A DNA stretch of 64,000 bases, taken from Octopus sinensis (Eukaryota). The DNA lies in assembly GCF_006345805.1 (NCBI RefSeq), contig NC_043008.1, positions 51,646,001-51,710,000 on the forward strand. The letters run 5' to 3'. The notes under the pieces were generated by a model. That model searched no databases, was not told the DNA's origin, and worked only from the letters and a program-made list of their open reading frames with translations. The position numbers and the translations under genes are program-made. This document shows, one piece after another, positions 1-11,906 of the stretch; position 1 is the first letter of the stretch, and every line of letters starts with the position of its first letter.

Positions 1-58
1 TTGACCTACAAATATCTGTTCTCCACTTTGATTTATGTTATATATATGTGTGTGTATA

Positions 59-916
59 CAGGGAGCGATGGGTAAATTGTCACCATTTCCTGTTTTTATT
101 TCATGCATGTGCATTGTTTGTTTTTGATTTTGTCAACTACACAATACAGTAGGGTCAGTTGGGTACTGTCTGTGAGAAAAATAGCACCATGGCACAATTC
201 ACTCTACCAGAAATTTGGAAACACACAAGAAGCGATACAAATATTTTACACTGATACAAACATTTCAGAGTGTTTGGGTGTCAATCTGAGGACAGTGCAA
301 TCTGAATCCATGTACTGAGAGTGATAAAAATCAGACATTTACACAACACAATTGTGTTTGGAGTAACCACTTGTGATGACAACATTATGCCTCTATTCAT
401 CTTCCCACATGACCTCACACTCAACATGAAGGGCTACATCAAGTGTCTGAAGGAGGTAATGCTGCCCTGGGTCAAGAGGGTGGTGTGGGAAGATCCTATG
501 TCTGGCAACAGGACTCTGCACCATGCCACACGTGCAGGAGAACCCAGTCATGGCTGTTAGATAATTTCTGCAACCACATCACCCCTAACATCTGGCTATC
601 TAACTCCCCAGACTGCAACCCTCTTTATTATGTGTTGAACAAGAAACTCTGTGTCACACCAAATATGAAGAAAAGGCTAGGACTATGGCAGCATTCACCA
701 ACTTAAACAAGGAGACCATCCAGAAGATATGCAGGAGATTCTGAAGTCCTCTGGAGGCCAAGGTTGAAGCCAATGACGATTTTATTGAATGAATTTACTC
801 CTTAGTACTTCAAGATATTTTTTATCTAATTTTAGTAAATACATCAGTTACAATGCGATATTAGTGTTATTTTCATTTTTGTGTAATTTAGATGACAGTT
901 TATTCACCACACACTG
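59..916 (+). mobile_element. Decayed Tc1/mariner-superfamily DNA transposon, maT (DD37D)-like, internally deleted
   Basis: Imperfect TIRs (CAGGGAGCGATGGGTAAATTGTCAC at 59; reverse complement of ATGACAGTTTATTCACCACACACTG ending at 916), flanked by TA at both ends. Transposase fragments MPLFIFP..YIKCLKEVMLPW and WQQDSAPCH..SPDCNPLYY, with 37 residues between the second Asp and the mutated third catalytic position. Confidence 0.8.
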
Positions 917-924
917 TATATATG

Positions 925-961
<37 letters not shown>

Positions 962-994
962 ATTTCTATTTATCTATAAGTATACACACACACA

Positions 995-1409
995 CTTTAC
1001 TCTTTTACATGTTTCAGTCAGTTGACTGTGGCCAGGCTGGACAACCACCTTTAGTTGAAGAAATCGACCCCAGAGCTTATTCTTTGTAAGCCTTGTACTT
1101 ATTCTATTGGTCTTCTTTGCCGAACCACTACATTTCAGGGACATAAATACATCAACATCGGTTGTCAAATGATGGAGGTGGGATAAACACACACACAAAG
1201 ACACACAAATGTATATATATATATATATATATATATACATAAATACACAACAGGCTTCTTTCAGTTTCTGTCTACCAAATCCACTCACAAGACTTTGGTG
1301 GTCTGGGGCTGTAGTATAAAAGACACTGTCCAAGGTGCCATGCAGTGGACTAAACCCTGAACCATGTGGTTGAGAAGCAAGCTTCTTCAAACACAGCCAT
1401 GCCTGTGCA
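995..1409 (-). mobile_element. tRNA-derived SINE family A, diverged copy
   Basis: Reverse complement of the 13503 and 26683 copies: pol III-like head, internal (TA)n/(TG)n tract and AAAGAGT-type tail. Confidence 0.85.
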
Positions 1410-1475
<66 letters not shown>

Positions 1476-1479
<4 letters not shown>

Positions 1480-1586
1480 CTGCTCGCTTAGCCAATGGGG
1501 TGGCGTCATTCGAAAGCTAAAACAATGCGAACGCATTGTGACCAGCGATGTGTAACAACATCTGATGGTCTGGTCGGTTGCGTGAT

Positions 1587-1593
<7 letters not shown>
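1476..1593. repeat. About 118-bp GC-richer island in (TA)n, probably a short retroelement end
   Basis: Sharp boundaries against pure (TA)n on both sides. Internal stem potential (GACCAG..CTGGTC, GATGT..ACATC). A similar CCTGCTC(G/A)CTT(A/G)GCCAAT string occurs near 20963. Confidence 0.45.
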
Positions 1594-1638
<45 letters not shown>

Positions 1639-1745
1639 CCACACATATATAAATACATGCAGAAAAACACAAATACACACACACATACATGGAAACAAAA
1701 GAAGATAATAAAATGAAAGTAAAGATTAATAATATATGATTTTAC

Positions 1746-1788
1746 CTGATACTGAAAATGATGATTATCAAAAATAAGATGCCAATAA
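1746..1788 (-). CDS. Candidate host-gene exon encoding most of a transmembrane helix (VIGILFLIIIIFSI[R/S])
   Basis: Acceptor TTGTTTTCTTCTGCAG and donor CAG|GTAAAA. 43 nt with a phase-1 start that joins in frame to the 6735-6821 exon. Confidence 0.55.
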
Positions 1789-2154
1789 CTGCAGAAGAAA
1801 ACAATAAGATATTCAGTTGAACAATATTTTATGTATACTTAAGTGGAAGTTAATATACTTAATGTGAAAATGAAAAATGAATTTATCATATTTCTACATT
1901 ACCAATGTAATTAAAAGAAAATGTATTAGTTTTAGTGATAATTGCTGTCAAAATCAAGAGAGGCAATTCCACAAAGTTTATAAAAAATTTAATGGAGGCA
2001 TGCTGTAGAAAGTAGTCTGATTATTAGTATATTTTGGTGGTATATATTAAACCACCTCAGTAAAATATAGTGATATTTATTCTTACCAGACCGCACACAC
2101 TCTCTCTACTGCATAGTCACATTTATTGTCAGTCCTCAATTTGACAAGGATGCG

Positions 2155-2260
2155 TCATCATCATCATCATCATCGTTTAATCTCCGCTTTCCATGCTGGC
2201 ATGGGTTGGACGATTTGACTGAGGACAGGCGAACCAGATGGTTGCACCAGGCTCTGAATC
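2155..2260 (-). mobile_element. RTE LINE extreme 3' end fragment
   Basis: (CAT)n tail plus CGTTTAATCTCCGCTTTCCATGCTGGCATGGGTTGGACG, matching the 3' end of the 8292-11880 element. Confidence 0.8.
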
Positions 2261-2527
2261 TTTAATAATTTTTTATCTTTTCTCCTTCACATGTTTCAGT
2301 CATTTGACTGCGACCATGCTGGGGCACTGCCTTGAATAATTTTAATTTTAGTTGAATGAATCAACCCCAGTACTTTTTTAAAGCCTGGTACTTATTCTAT
2401 CAGTCTCTTTTGTCGAACTGCTTAGTTACAGGGACATAAACACAGCATCATTGGTTGTCAAGTGATGATGGAGCAACAAATACAGACATGCAAACATATA
2501 CACATGCACACACACACTTAAACACAC

Positions 2528-2559
<32 letters not shown>

Positions 2560-2661
2560 GGAGTAAACACATAAATGTGAAACAAGGTGGAAAAAAGAGT
2601 ACTCAAATACCAGTGGTAGAGTAATATGCTTTATTTTAAGCAGCAGAAAATTCAACAAAAT

Positions 2662-2699
2662 CTGTTACTCTGAGTTTCTCTTTGCCGTTCATCAGACAG
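2662..2699 (-). ncRNA. Minimal type I hammerhead ribozyme (stem II weakened)
   Basis: Minus strand reads CTGT CTGATGA ACGGCAAAGA GAAAC TCAGA GTA ACAG. Confidence 0.65.
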
Positions 2700-2751
2700 T
2701 TTTTGCTAGAGTCTAGATTGAATTGATTTATCGGTTCCAATCTAGCAAAAA

Positions 2752-2789
2752 CTGTCTGATGAACGGCAACGAGAAACTCAGAGTAACAG
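2752..2789 (+). ncRNA. Minimal type I hammerhead ribozyme
   Basis: CTGT CTGATGA ACG-GCAA-CGA GAAAC TCAGA GTA ACAG. Stem I is CTGT/ACAG, stem II is GNRA-capped with one mismatch, stem III is quasi-palindromic, and the triplet is GUA. Confidence 0.72.
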
Positions 2790-2820
2790 ATTTTGTTTAA
2801 TTTCTGCTGCTTAAAATAAA

Positions 2821-2884
<64 letters not shown>

Positions 2885-2885
<1 letters not shown>

Positions 2886-3212
2886 AGCCCCACCTGTCTG
2901 TCTCCCTGTGTCAGTGGCATGTAAAAAGCACCTTGGCTGGCTCTTGTGCCGACTTGACTGACTCTCATGCCAGTGGCAAGTAAAAGCACCATCCAAACGT
3001 GGTGGATGCCAGCCCCCTCTGGCCCCAGTGCCAGTAGCATGTAAAAAGCACCCACTACACTCTCAGAGTGCTTGGCATTAGGAAGAGCATCAAGCTGTAG
3101 AAATGCTGCCAGATCATATGGAGTCTGGTGCAGCCCTCTGGCATTCCAGACCCCAGTGGAACCGTGCAACCCATGCCAGCATGGAAAACGGACAGTAAAT
3201 GATGATGATAAT
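2885..3212 (+). mobile_element. RTE LINE 3' UTR fragment
   Basis: Repeated GTGGCA(T/A)GTAAAA(A)GCACC units, GGCATTAGGAAGAGCATCAAGCTGTAGAAA motif and (GAT)n tail. Confidence 0.8.
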
Positions 3213-3411
3213 ATATACGATGGGATTCTTTCAGTTTCTATCTACCAAATCATCGCATAAAGCTTTGGTTGGCCCGAGGCTATAGTAGAAGACATTTGCC
3301 CAAGGTTCCATGCAGTAAGACTGAACCCAGAACTATGTGGTTGGTAAGCAAGCTACTTACCACACAACCACTCCTGCACCTATATATATATATATATGTT
3401 TGTATATTCAA

Positions 3412-3804
3412 ATATTAATTATACTAAAAGGGTAAAATCAATAATTTTACTAGCTAGTCAGTGCAGAAGTAAAAGCCTCATTGGTAAATTTTACAAACTA
3501 TTTTATAATTACATACATAATTATAACAAGGGACTGGCTTTATGCTTCACCATGCACTGCAAGAAATAGACACTAAAGCCCCTATTACCACCTTAAAATC
3601 TCCAAGAATAACACACTACATTGTAGGCAAGCAAAAGGAAAATAATGAATCAATGAAGTTAGTTAACCTTTGCTTGCCTACAATATAGTGTGTTATTCTT
3701 GGAGATTTTAAAGTGGTAATAGGGGCTTAATATCTATTTCTTGCAGTATGTAGTGAGGCATAAAGCCAATCCCTTGTTATAATTATGTATATAATTATAA
3801 AATA
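3412..3804. repeat. Fold-back element with about 140-bp inverted arms (Penelope-like terminal structure)
   Basis: About 3499-3638 is the reverse complement of about 3667-3804. Flanked by TA-rich tracts. Confidence 0.7.
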
Positions 3805-3847
3805 TTTTGTGTGTATATATATATACACACACACACATATATAAATG

Positions 3848-4011
3848 CAACAGGGCTCTTCCTGTTTCTGTCAACCAAATCCACTCACAAGACTTTGGTC
3901 AGCCTAAAGCTATAGTAGAGAACACTTGCCCAAGGTACCATGTAGTAGGACTGAACTCAGAACCATGTGATTGGGAAGCAAGCATCTTACCACACACCCA
4001 TGCCTGCACCT
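3848..4011 (-). mobile_element. SINE family A head fragment
   Basis: Matches the reverse complement of the 5' 160 nt of the 13503 copy. Confidence 0.75.
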
Positions 4012-4375
4012 AATGATTTTTCATACTCAGGAGTTTACTTTTCATCATGTGTGTCATTTTAACTATTAACTTCTTGTATTATGATCCAGTACCATAAGGA
4101 AATGTTCAAACATTGTTTCATTTGGAGGGCAATAGGGAACTTTTGTAAGGGGTAAAATCCCTAATCTCTTCTTCTCTCATCCAGCTTAGTTTTGCTACAG
4201 AATCATTACAAGACTGGGCTTTTGGCTTGGAAAATTTTCAATATGATTTTCAGAGTTAAATAAATAGTTTGGAGTAGAGAAGTTAGTATGTTAGATTTGT
4301 AAACCTCACTTAACTCTGTCTTTCATTCAGATATTTTAACTGCAGTTTTAAATTGCCATATACAAGCATAATAAT

Positions 4376-4587
4376 CCTTTCTACTATAGGCACAAGGCCT
4401 GAAATTTGGGGGAGGGGGCTAGTTGATTTCATTAACCCCAGTGCATAACTGGTACTTATTTAATTGACCCTGAAAAGGCAAAAGGCAAAGTCAACCTTGG
4501 TGGAATTTGAACTCAGAACATTGTGGTAGATGAAATACTACTAAGTATTTTGCCCAGCATGCTAACAATTCTGCCAGCTCACCACCT
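4376..4587 (-). mobile_element. tRNA-derived SINE family B, diverged copy
   Basis: Reverse complement reads GGTGGTGAGCTGGCAGAATTGTTAGCATGCTGGGC..GAGTTCAAATTCC, as at 61915. Confidence 0.75.
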
Positions 4588-5089
4588 TGTTACAAACAAT
4601 TTTATTACTCTAAATTCTTCCTTATTTTCAAAATTAATTAAATCAAAGGTAAAATAATTGAATAGAAATATGGTAACAAAAATGGGTTAAACTCAATCAG
4701 ACATTTTTGGTGCTGTTATTAAACTGTCATTCTGGTGATACATGAAAGAAATTGATAATTATCTATTTTCATGATGAAATATGATTCGTTTGGTTGTATT
4801 TCCTCTTCTTTCGCTTGATCTTCTTAATTCCCATTCTGGATCTACCTAATTCTTCCCCACACCTTTTTTGATATACATACATGTTTATGTGCGCATGTAT
4901 ATATGTATGAATATATGTAAATAAATATGTGTATATGTGTGTTGGTGTTTATCTGTGTATGTATATGTGTATGGACCTATATTTTTGTATGTGCATGTGT
5001 ATATGTGTATACACCCCTGAAATGAAGAATTTCTTGAATTGTGTATTGTTGTTATTCTTTCACTTGTTGGTCACATATCGCCCATAAAC

Positions 5090-6150
5090 AAACTTGAGAA
5101 AATGCATTCATTTAATCACAAAAATATAAAAAATCACAAAAAAATTAACAAGAGTATGAGTAATTTTGAGGATAACAGAGGCTGGTATTACTTTTCAACA
5201 GTGTAGGATAGGGGTGAGAGTTCACAGAGATTGGAAAATCACAGAGAAATATAGCAGATACATATTATGGAGGTAGGCTTTTGAGGGGGCAGGGATAGGG
5301 GTAATAGAATGGAGATAGGAAAAAAGGCCACTTAGATAAAGCCAAACAGATGAGGATTGGTCTTATGTGGTTGGAATGAACTATGTTGTTGTGGTCTACC
5401 AGCCATCAATGAGAACTAAAATGCTAGAAATGGATACCCAACTTCAAGAGGGAGGCATTACAATTTCAGGATTGATAATTAAGTACAATATTTAGAGATT
5501 AATGTGGCTAGAGTACATAAAATATATATATATTAAAGGAATAGATACCAATAAAAAAATAACAGATGCAAAGTTAACTTAGAAATAAAGGATAGTTTAA
5601 AATTGTAAGGTTTAAATTTACCAACCAAAGCCTAGAATTAAAGTGACACTTAGAACTAAGAATAAAATTGAATGAATTAAGATATATAAAATGAAAGGAA
5701 GTAAGAAAAACAAGGTAAAAAATATACATATATAAGGTAGAAAAGGAGTAAAATATAAAATAGAAAGAATTTAATTTAATTTAATTTGGTGAAACTATGG
5801 GCCTATAGATTTTATGTCTAGAAAGAGATAGTATTATTTTATGTCTAGACAGAGATAATGACTGAATATGTAGAAACAGGTGTTATAGATATCATGCGTT
5901 GATTTCTCTTATATTTAGACCTGTGGAAGATCTTGAATGAATGGAAGCATTTATGTTTGGAGGTTGAAAAAGCTCCATGTTGCCTATTAAGCAATTGTGC
6001 TGAATCCTGTAGTAATATCTGCAGGGCTCCCTTCTCTCAGTTGGATGCATTACTCAAGCCCCTTTTTGAACTATGGATTTACTTGGGAATATACATAAGG
6101 AGGTACACCTTCATGGAAATATGGATAGATTCCCATACCCTCCAGAACAG
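5090..6150 (-). mobile_element. Decayed 3' part of a Penelope-like element (C-terminal GIY-YIG tail and 3' region)
   Basis: The minus frame at about 5925-6060 reads EKGALQILLQDSAQLLNRQHGAFSTSKHKCFHSF, resembling the PLE C-terminus EK..IL....LLNKRSE..S.CRH. It is followed by a pyrimidine/AT-rich tail. Boundaries are approximate. Confidence 0.5.
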
Positions 6151-6734
6151 AATGAACTATGAACTATAATGAACCTTGAACTTCATACCTTATTCCACAT
6201 TTCCCTTCATCAAATTCTCTCTACTTCTCTACATAACGGTTTCCTGCCTATATATTCTCTTGCTTGTACACTCAACATATTGATCCACTACCTATGATAT
6301 CCTAGAAACAGCTGTAAGACATTATTATTTACTTTTGTTCACTTCACCATTAAACTAATCTAAATGAACCGATAAGCTTGTCCTGCCTTGGGTTTTTTTT
6401 CCTCTTCTTTAAATTATAACTGCAGACTTGGAGGTAGATTACAGATTTCCTATTCTCTGCCTACTGGACAGTGGCCACCACAACTCCAGCCCCCATTGAG
6501 TACTTGGATCCTAGTAGCTTGTCAATTGGAGCACACGGAGTGCATATCTATTAGTTGAGATCACTTGTGACCTAAACTCTTCATCTTCACACACACACAC
6601 ACATACATTGTCAGATAGATTGAGAGATAGATACATATACACACTCACATATATATGTATAAAAACACTTGCATACATTTATCACACACACACAAGTACT
6701 CATGCACACACACACATACACACAAAATAATTAC

Positions 6735-6821
6735 CTGTTCCCATGATGGGAATTGTTTTGGTAGAATGTATTTTCTCTTGTTTCTCTTCTTCATCTTGTT
6801 TCTCTTCTTCATCTTGTTTCC
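6735..6821 (-). CDS. Candidate host-gene exon (GKQDEEEKQDEEEKQEKIHSTKTIPIMGT), acidic juxtamembrane stalk
   Basis: Acceptor TTTATTCTTTACTTCTTAG and donor CAG|GTAATT. 87 nt, phase 1-1, open frame, with an internal 18-nt tandem repeat. Confidence 0.55.
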
Positions 6822-7152
6822 CTAAGAAGTAAAGAATAAATTTTAATTAAAAATTGACAAAATATCTTTGAAACACACAAACATTATTATTGATCTGAGG
6901 GGTCTAATCCTGCATAATGAGAGGATTGTCCATCTCAGACATTGATACCATCAATCTGAAGGAACCATTCAGCCAGGAATATATTCTTAGACATGAAAAT
7001 TAGCTGATGACAATAACAAATGATGAACTGATAACATCATCATTATTTTGATGTCTACATTTCCATATTTGCATGGGATAAATGGAATTCGTTGAGGCAG
7101 ATTTGTTAGGACAGGGTGCCCTTCCTGTCCAGTACATGAATATGTGTATGCA

Positions 7153-7187
<35 letters not shown>

Positions 7188-7211
7188 ATATCTATCTATA
7201 TATATATATAT

Positions 7212-7650
7212 CATCATCATCATCGTTTAACGTCCGTTTTCCATGCTAGCATGGGTTGGACGGTTCGACCAGGGTCTGGGAAGCCAGGAGGCAGCACCAG
7301 GCTCCAGTCTGATCTGGCAGTGTTTCTACAGCTGGATGCCCTTCCTAACGCCAACCACTCCATGAGTGTAGTGGGTGCTTTTTACATGCCACCGGCACAG
7401 GTGCCAGGGGAGTCTGGCACCGGCCACGATCGGTTGGTGCTTTTTACGTGCCACTAGCACAGACGCCAGTCAAAGCGGCGCTGGCATCGGCCACATTCGG
7501 ATGGTGCTTTTTACATGCCACTAGCACAGAAGCCAGTCTAGTTGGCGCTGGCATCGGCCACGTTCAGATGGTGCTTTTTACATGCAACTGGCACAGAAGC
7601 CAGTCAAGGCGGCGCTGGCACCGGCCACATTCGGATGGTGCTTTTTACGT
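7212..7650 (-). mobile_element. RTE LINE 3' UTR fragment with tandem 45-60 bp units
   Basis: (CAT)n tail and repeated GGTGCTTTTTAC(G/A)TGC units. Confidence 0.85.
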
Positions 7651-7654
7651 GAGA

Positions 7655-8003
7655 ATGAGGCTCATCTTCTAGGCTGTAGTTTCCAGCACAGAATCTCCGG
7701 AACCACCACTGACACTGGTTTACACTAACTGTCCAATCTCCATATACTGCATTACTATTCCTCACACTTTCCATTGTGTTCTTTCTTTTATTGACCGCAT
7801 AAAGAAAAATATGCCAAATATACTCCTTTGTCATTTCCATTATAGCTTTGAAAAAAATAATTGTTAAAATCGAACTGCACTCTTCAAAACTTGCACTAAA
7901 AATAAGTACAAGGTAAAAAATTACTACCTGCTTTTATAGCAAGTTGATACAGCTAGACTTTTAGTTCATGCAATTGAAAATACTGCATTATTGATGGGAT
8001 AAC

Positions 8004-8007
<4 letters not shown>
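7655..8007 (-). mobile_element. Mariner transposon 5' remnant
   Basis: ORF 7604-7840 (HIFLY..AVYGD..VSVNQCQWWFRRF..GNYSLEDEP) is a mariner N-terminal HTH. A TIR-like TTGGGTTATCCCAT lies next to TA. Confidence 0.75.
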
Positions 8008-8039
<32 letters not shown>

Positions 8040-8122
8040 GGTGGTGAGCTGGCAGAAACATTAGTATGCCAGGTGAAATGCTTAGCGGTATTTCATCTTG
8101 CTTTACGTTCTGAGCTCAAATC
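8040..8122 (+). mobile_element. SINE family B head fragment
   Basis: GGTGGTGAGCTGGCAGAAACATTAG..TTACGTTCTGAGCTCAAAT. Confidence 0.7.
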
Positions 8123-8291
8123 ATACCCAAACTATTATATATAATATATTTGATATATTTAATTTGCTTATCTGCCTAATTGCCTCAATACCCACTCAAC
8201 TTTCTTTACCTTGTGGAATAGACATTAGGTTTGAATCTTTTGAGCTCTACTGTCATCTTTGTAGAGAATCTTTGGATTTCATCTGTGGACT

Positions 8292-11200
8292 CATCATCAT
8301 CATCATCATCATCGTTTAACGTCCGTTCTCCATGCTAGCATGGGTTGGACGGTTCGACCGGGGATCTGGGAAGCCAGAAGGCTGCACCAGGCTCCGGTCT
8401 TATCTGGCAATGTTTCTACAGCTGGATGCCCTTCCTAACGCCAACCACTCCATGAGTGTAGTGGGTGCTTTTTATGTGCCACCTGCACTGGTGCCAGGCG
8501 AGGCTGGCGTCGGTCACGGTTGGATTGGTGCATTTTACGTGCCACCGGCACGGAAGCCAGTCGAGGCGGCACTGGCTTCGGCCACGATTCGGATGGTGAT
8601 TTTTACATGCCACCGACACGGAACCCAGTCGAGGTGGCGCTGGCATCGGCCACGATTCGGATTGTGCTTTTTACGTACCTCCAGTCCAGGGGTCCTGGTA
8701 TCTGCCAGGTGCCAGTCATAGGATTGGTTCAATTTCAATTCCGATTTCGATTTCACTTGCCCCAACAGGTCTTCGCAAGCAAAGTGGGGATGGCATAGGT
8801 GCCTGTCATCGGATGAGGTTCGATATCGACTTCGCTTGCCTCAACAGGTCTTTGTGTGTCCAAGGGAAGAAAGGTATGCATAAGTGGGCTGGACTCACTT
8901 GTCCTGCCTGGTCTTCTCACGCACAGCATATTTCCAAAGGTCTCGGTTGCTGGTCATTTCCTCAGTGAGACCTAACGTTTGAAGGTCGTGCTTCACCACC
9001 TCGTCCCAGGTTTTCCTGGGTCTACCTCTTCCACGGGTTCCCTCAACTGCTAGGGATTGGCACTTTTTCACACACCTATCTTCATCCATTCTCACCACGA
9101 CCATACCAGCGCAATCGTCTCTCTTGCACACGACATCTGATGCTTCTTAGGTACAACATTTCTCTCAGGGTACTAACGCTCTGTCGAGTATGCACACTGA
9201 CATTACACATCCACCGGAGCATACTGGCTTCATTCCTCACGAGCTTACGCATGTCCTCAGCAGTCACAGCCCATGTTTAACTGCCATGTAGCATGACTGT
9301 TCGTACACATGCATCATACAGTCTGCCTTTTACTCTGAGCGAGAGGCCTTTAGTCACCAGCAGAGGTAAGAGCTCCCTAAACTTTGGCCAGGCTATTCTT
9401 ACTCTAGCAGTTACACTTTCAATGCACCCACCCCCACTACTGACTTGGCCACCTAGATAACGGAAACTATCAACTACTTCTAGTTTTCCCCCTGGAAAGT
9501 GACGGAAGTTGTTTCTGCAGATTTTCAGAGTTTATTGCTCCTGAGCATCTGCCACATACAAAAACTATCTTCCCAGTTAGCCTTCCTTTAACATTGCTGC
9601 ACCTCTTATGTGTCCATAGCTTACACTGGGTACATCTTATAGAGTTTCTACCTACCTTTTCTACAGATCGAGCAGGGCCATCTTCCTGACGACATTTGTG
9701 GATTGTCTACCTTCCTACTTATTAGTACTTTGGTTTTAGCTAGGTTGACTCTAAGACCCCTCGATTCTAAACCCTCCTTCCACACCTGGAACTTCTCTTC
9801 CAGTTCTGATAGTGACTCAGCAATTAGAGCAAGGTTGTCAGCATAGAGGAGCTCCCAGGGGCAACCTGTCTTGAATTACTCCGTTATTGCCTGGAGGACT
9901 ATGATAAATAGGAGAGGGCTGAGTACTGAACCCTGGTGGACCCCAACCTCTACTTTGAATTCTTCTGTGTACATGTTGCCAACCCTAACCTTACTTATGG
10001 CATCCCTGTACATGGCTTGCACAGCCCTCACCAGCCATTCATCTATCCCTAGTTTCCTCATTGGGCACCAGATAAGGGATCGGGGGACCTGTCAAAGGCT
10101 TTCTCCATGTCAACGAAAGCCAGGTACAGGGGCTTATCTTTGGCTAGGTATTTCCCCTGCAGCTGTCTCACCAGAAATATGGCATCAGTGGTGCTTTTCC
10201 CTGGCATGAAACCAAACTGCATCTCGTCCAAGTTGACTCTCTCCCTAACCAGTTGGGCTATGACCCTCTCTGTAACCTTCATTACCTGATCCAACAGCTT
10301 GATACCTCTGTAATTATTTGTATCTAGGGCGTCTCCTTTACCTTTGTAGCAGTTGACTAGTATGCTGCTACACCAGTCATTGGGTATGACTCCGTGTATC
10401 ACCTGGTTAACTATACGGGTGACTAGGTTATAGCCAACACTGCCAGATATTTCGAGCATCTCTGCAGTAATTCCTGATGGGCCTGGGGCTTTCCCTGTCT
10501 TCATGCTTCTAATTGCTTTAACTATCAAAGAATTGTCAACTTGGATGGCTGGTCTCTCTGTTGGGTTGACATTTGGCAGCAGACTCTCTTTATCCCATTC
10601 ATTTTCTTTATTCAGCAACCTTTCATAGTGGCATCTCCAAACCTCTCTCTTTGCATCCTCATTTAGCGCAAGTGAACCATCATCCATGCAGACACATTTC
10701 TCTCCTACCACATCACGATTCTCTCTCACACACTGTCTTGCAACACAAAATACTTCAAGTCTTTCATCCTCACGGAGCAGAACATTGGCAAATTTTATCT
10801 TATCCGCTTCCCCTCTGGCTAAATAAACCTGTCTCCTAGCTTCCCTTCTGGCTGTCTGATACAATTCCCTGCTACCACCGTTCTTCCAGTCCCTCCAAGC
10901 CTGTTTCTTTTGTCTAATAGCCCTGTCAACCACATTGTTCCACCACCACGTTACTCTGGGTCGAGATGGGACTTTGCTTCATCCACAGATCTGGTCAGTG
11001 GCTGTCAGCAGATTGTCCCGTTGAACTCTCCAGTTGTCTTCCACATTGAGTGAAGCTATATCCCCTTCTATTTCGTCAAAGGCTTCAAGTAGTATGTCTC
11101 TAAATCTCTGTCCATTGCAGGATCTTTAAGCTTCCAGACCCTTCTCCTCCAAGTTGGTCTTCTTCTGGGCAACCATTTAGCTCTGATCCTGATGTCGCTA

Positions 11201-11880
11201 ACTACTAATCTATGTTGAGGAGTACATTCTTCGCCTGGAAAGGTTTTGGCATTTATAAGCAGCCCTCTTTCCTTCTTTCTGGCGAGGATGTAGTCAATCT
11301 GGCTAGTGTGTCTGCCAGAACGGTAGGTGACTAGGTGAGAGGTGGGTTTCCTGAAGTTGGTATTGCAAACCATAAGGTCATTTGCATCGCAGAACTCCAG
11401 CAGCCTGGTTCCCTCCTCATTTCGAGAGCCAAAACCGTAGCCTCCATGAACGCCATGGAAGCCCCCGACATGCCGTCCAACATGTCCATTGAAATCACCT
11501 GCCACAAAGAGAAGGTCACTGTCATTTGTCAATGAGGTAGTCCGCAATAGGGTGTTGTAGAATTGGTCTTTCTGTCCTTCCGGTAGCCCTGGTTTAGGGG
11601 CATAGGCCGAGATGATGGTAGCTAACATATGGTGAAGCACTAATCTAATCTTAAGTACTCTATCACTTACTCTGATTACCTCGATTACCTTATCTACCCA
11701 TTTCTCCGCTAGAAGTATATCCACGCCCCCGACCCCGTCAGTGTTCCCTGCCCAGAAAATCTTGTACCTGTGTTCCTTGCCTGTGAGGAGCCTAGCGGAA
11801 CCTCCTCTCCACCTTACTTCCTGAATGCAGCATAAATCCACACAGCTCCGTTCAAGCAGCTCAACAATCTCTCCAGACCT
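8292..11880 (-). mobile_element. RTE-clade non-LTR retrotransposon, near full-length but 5'-truncated and frameshifted
   Basis: APE endonuclease (CIQEVRW, VAGDFNGHVG, SQIDYIL, QHRLV) and RT (KAPGPSGI, NYRGIKLL, QFGFMPG, FVDMEKAFD, GVHQGSVLSPLLF, YADD mutated to YADN). Also a Cys/His finger, an RLRW/RGRGRPRKTW C-terminus and a (GAT)n tail. Confidence 0.92.
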
Positions 11881-11906
11881 ACTATATATATATATATATA
11901 CGTAAA

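Larger units (their letters stand above)
2560..2822. mobile_element. Fold-back non-coding element, Penelope-like pLTR derivative, in (TA)n
   Basis: Inverted arms at about 2629-2710 and 2741-2822, each containing a hammerhead core. Confidence 0.7.
2272..3381 (-). mobile_element. SINE family A copy split by nested insertions in its internal (TA)n tract
   Basis: Tail half at about 2272-2520 and head half at about 3215-3381, with a fold-back element and an RTE 3' UTR in between. Confidence 0.75.

Noticed and set aside
2087-2108. Possible 22-nt minus-strand exon with a strong GTAAGA donor
   Set aside because: The acceptor is weak, and inclusion would break the frame between the two supported exons.
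7365-7650. Repeat-spacer-like array resembling CRISPR
   Set aside because: The units are degenerate, the spacers are related to each other, and the array is part of an RTE 3' UTR in a eukaryote with no cas genes.
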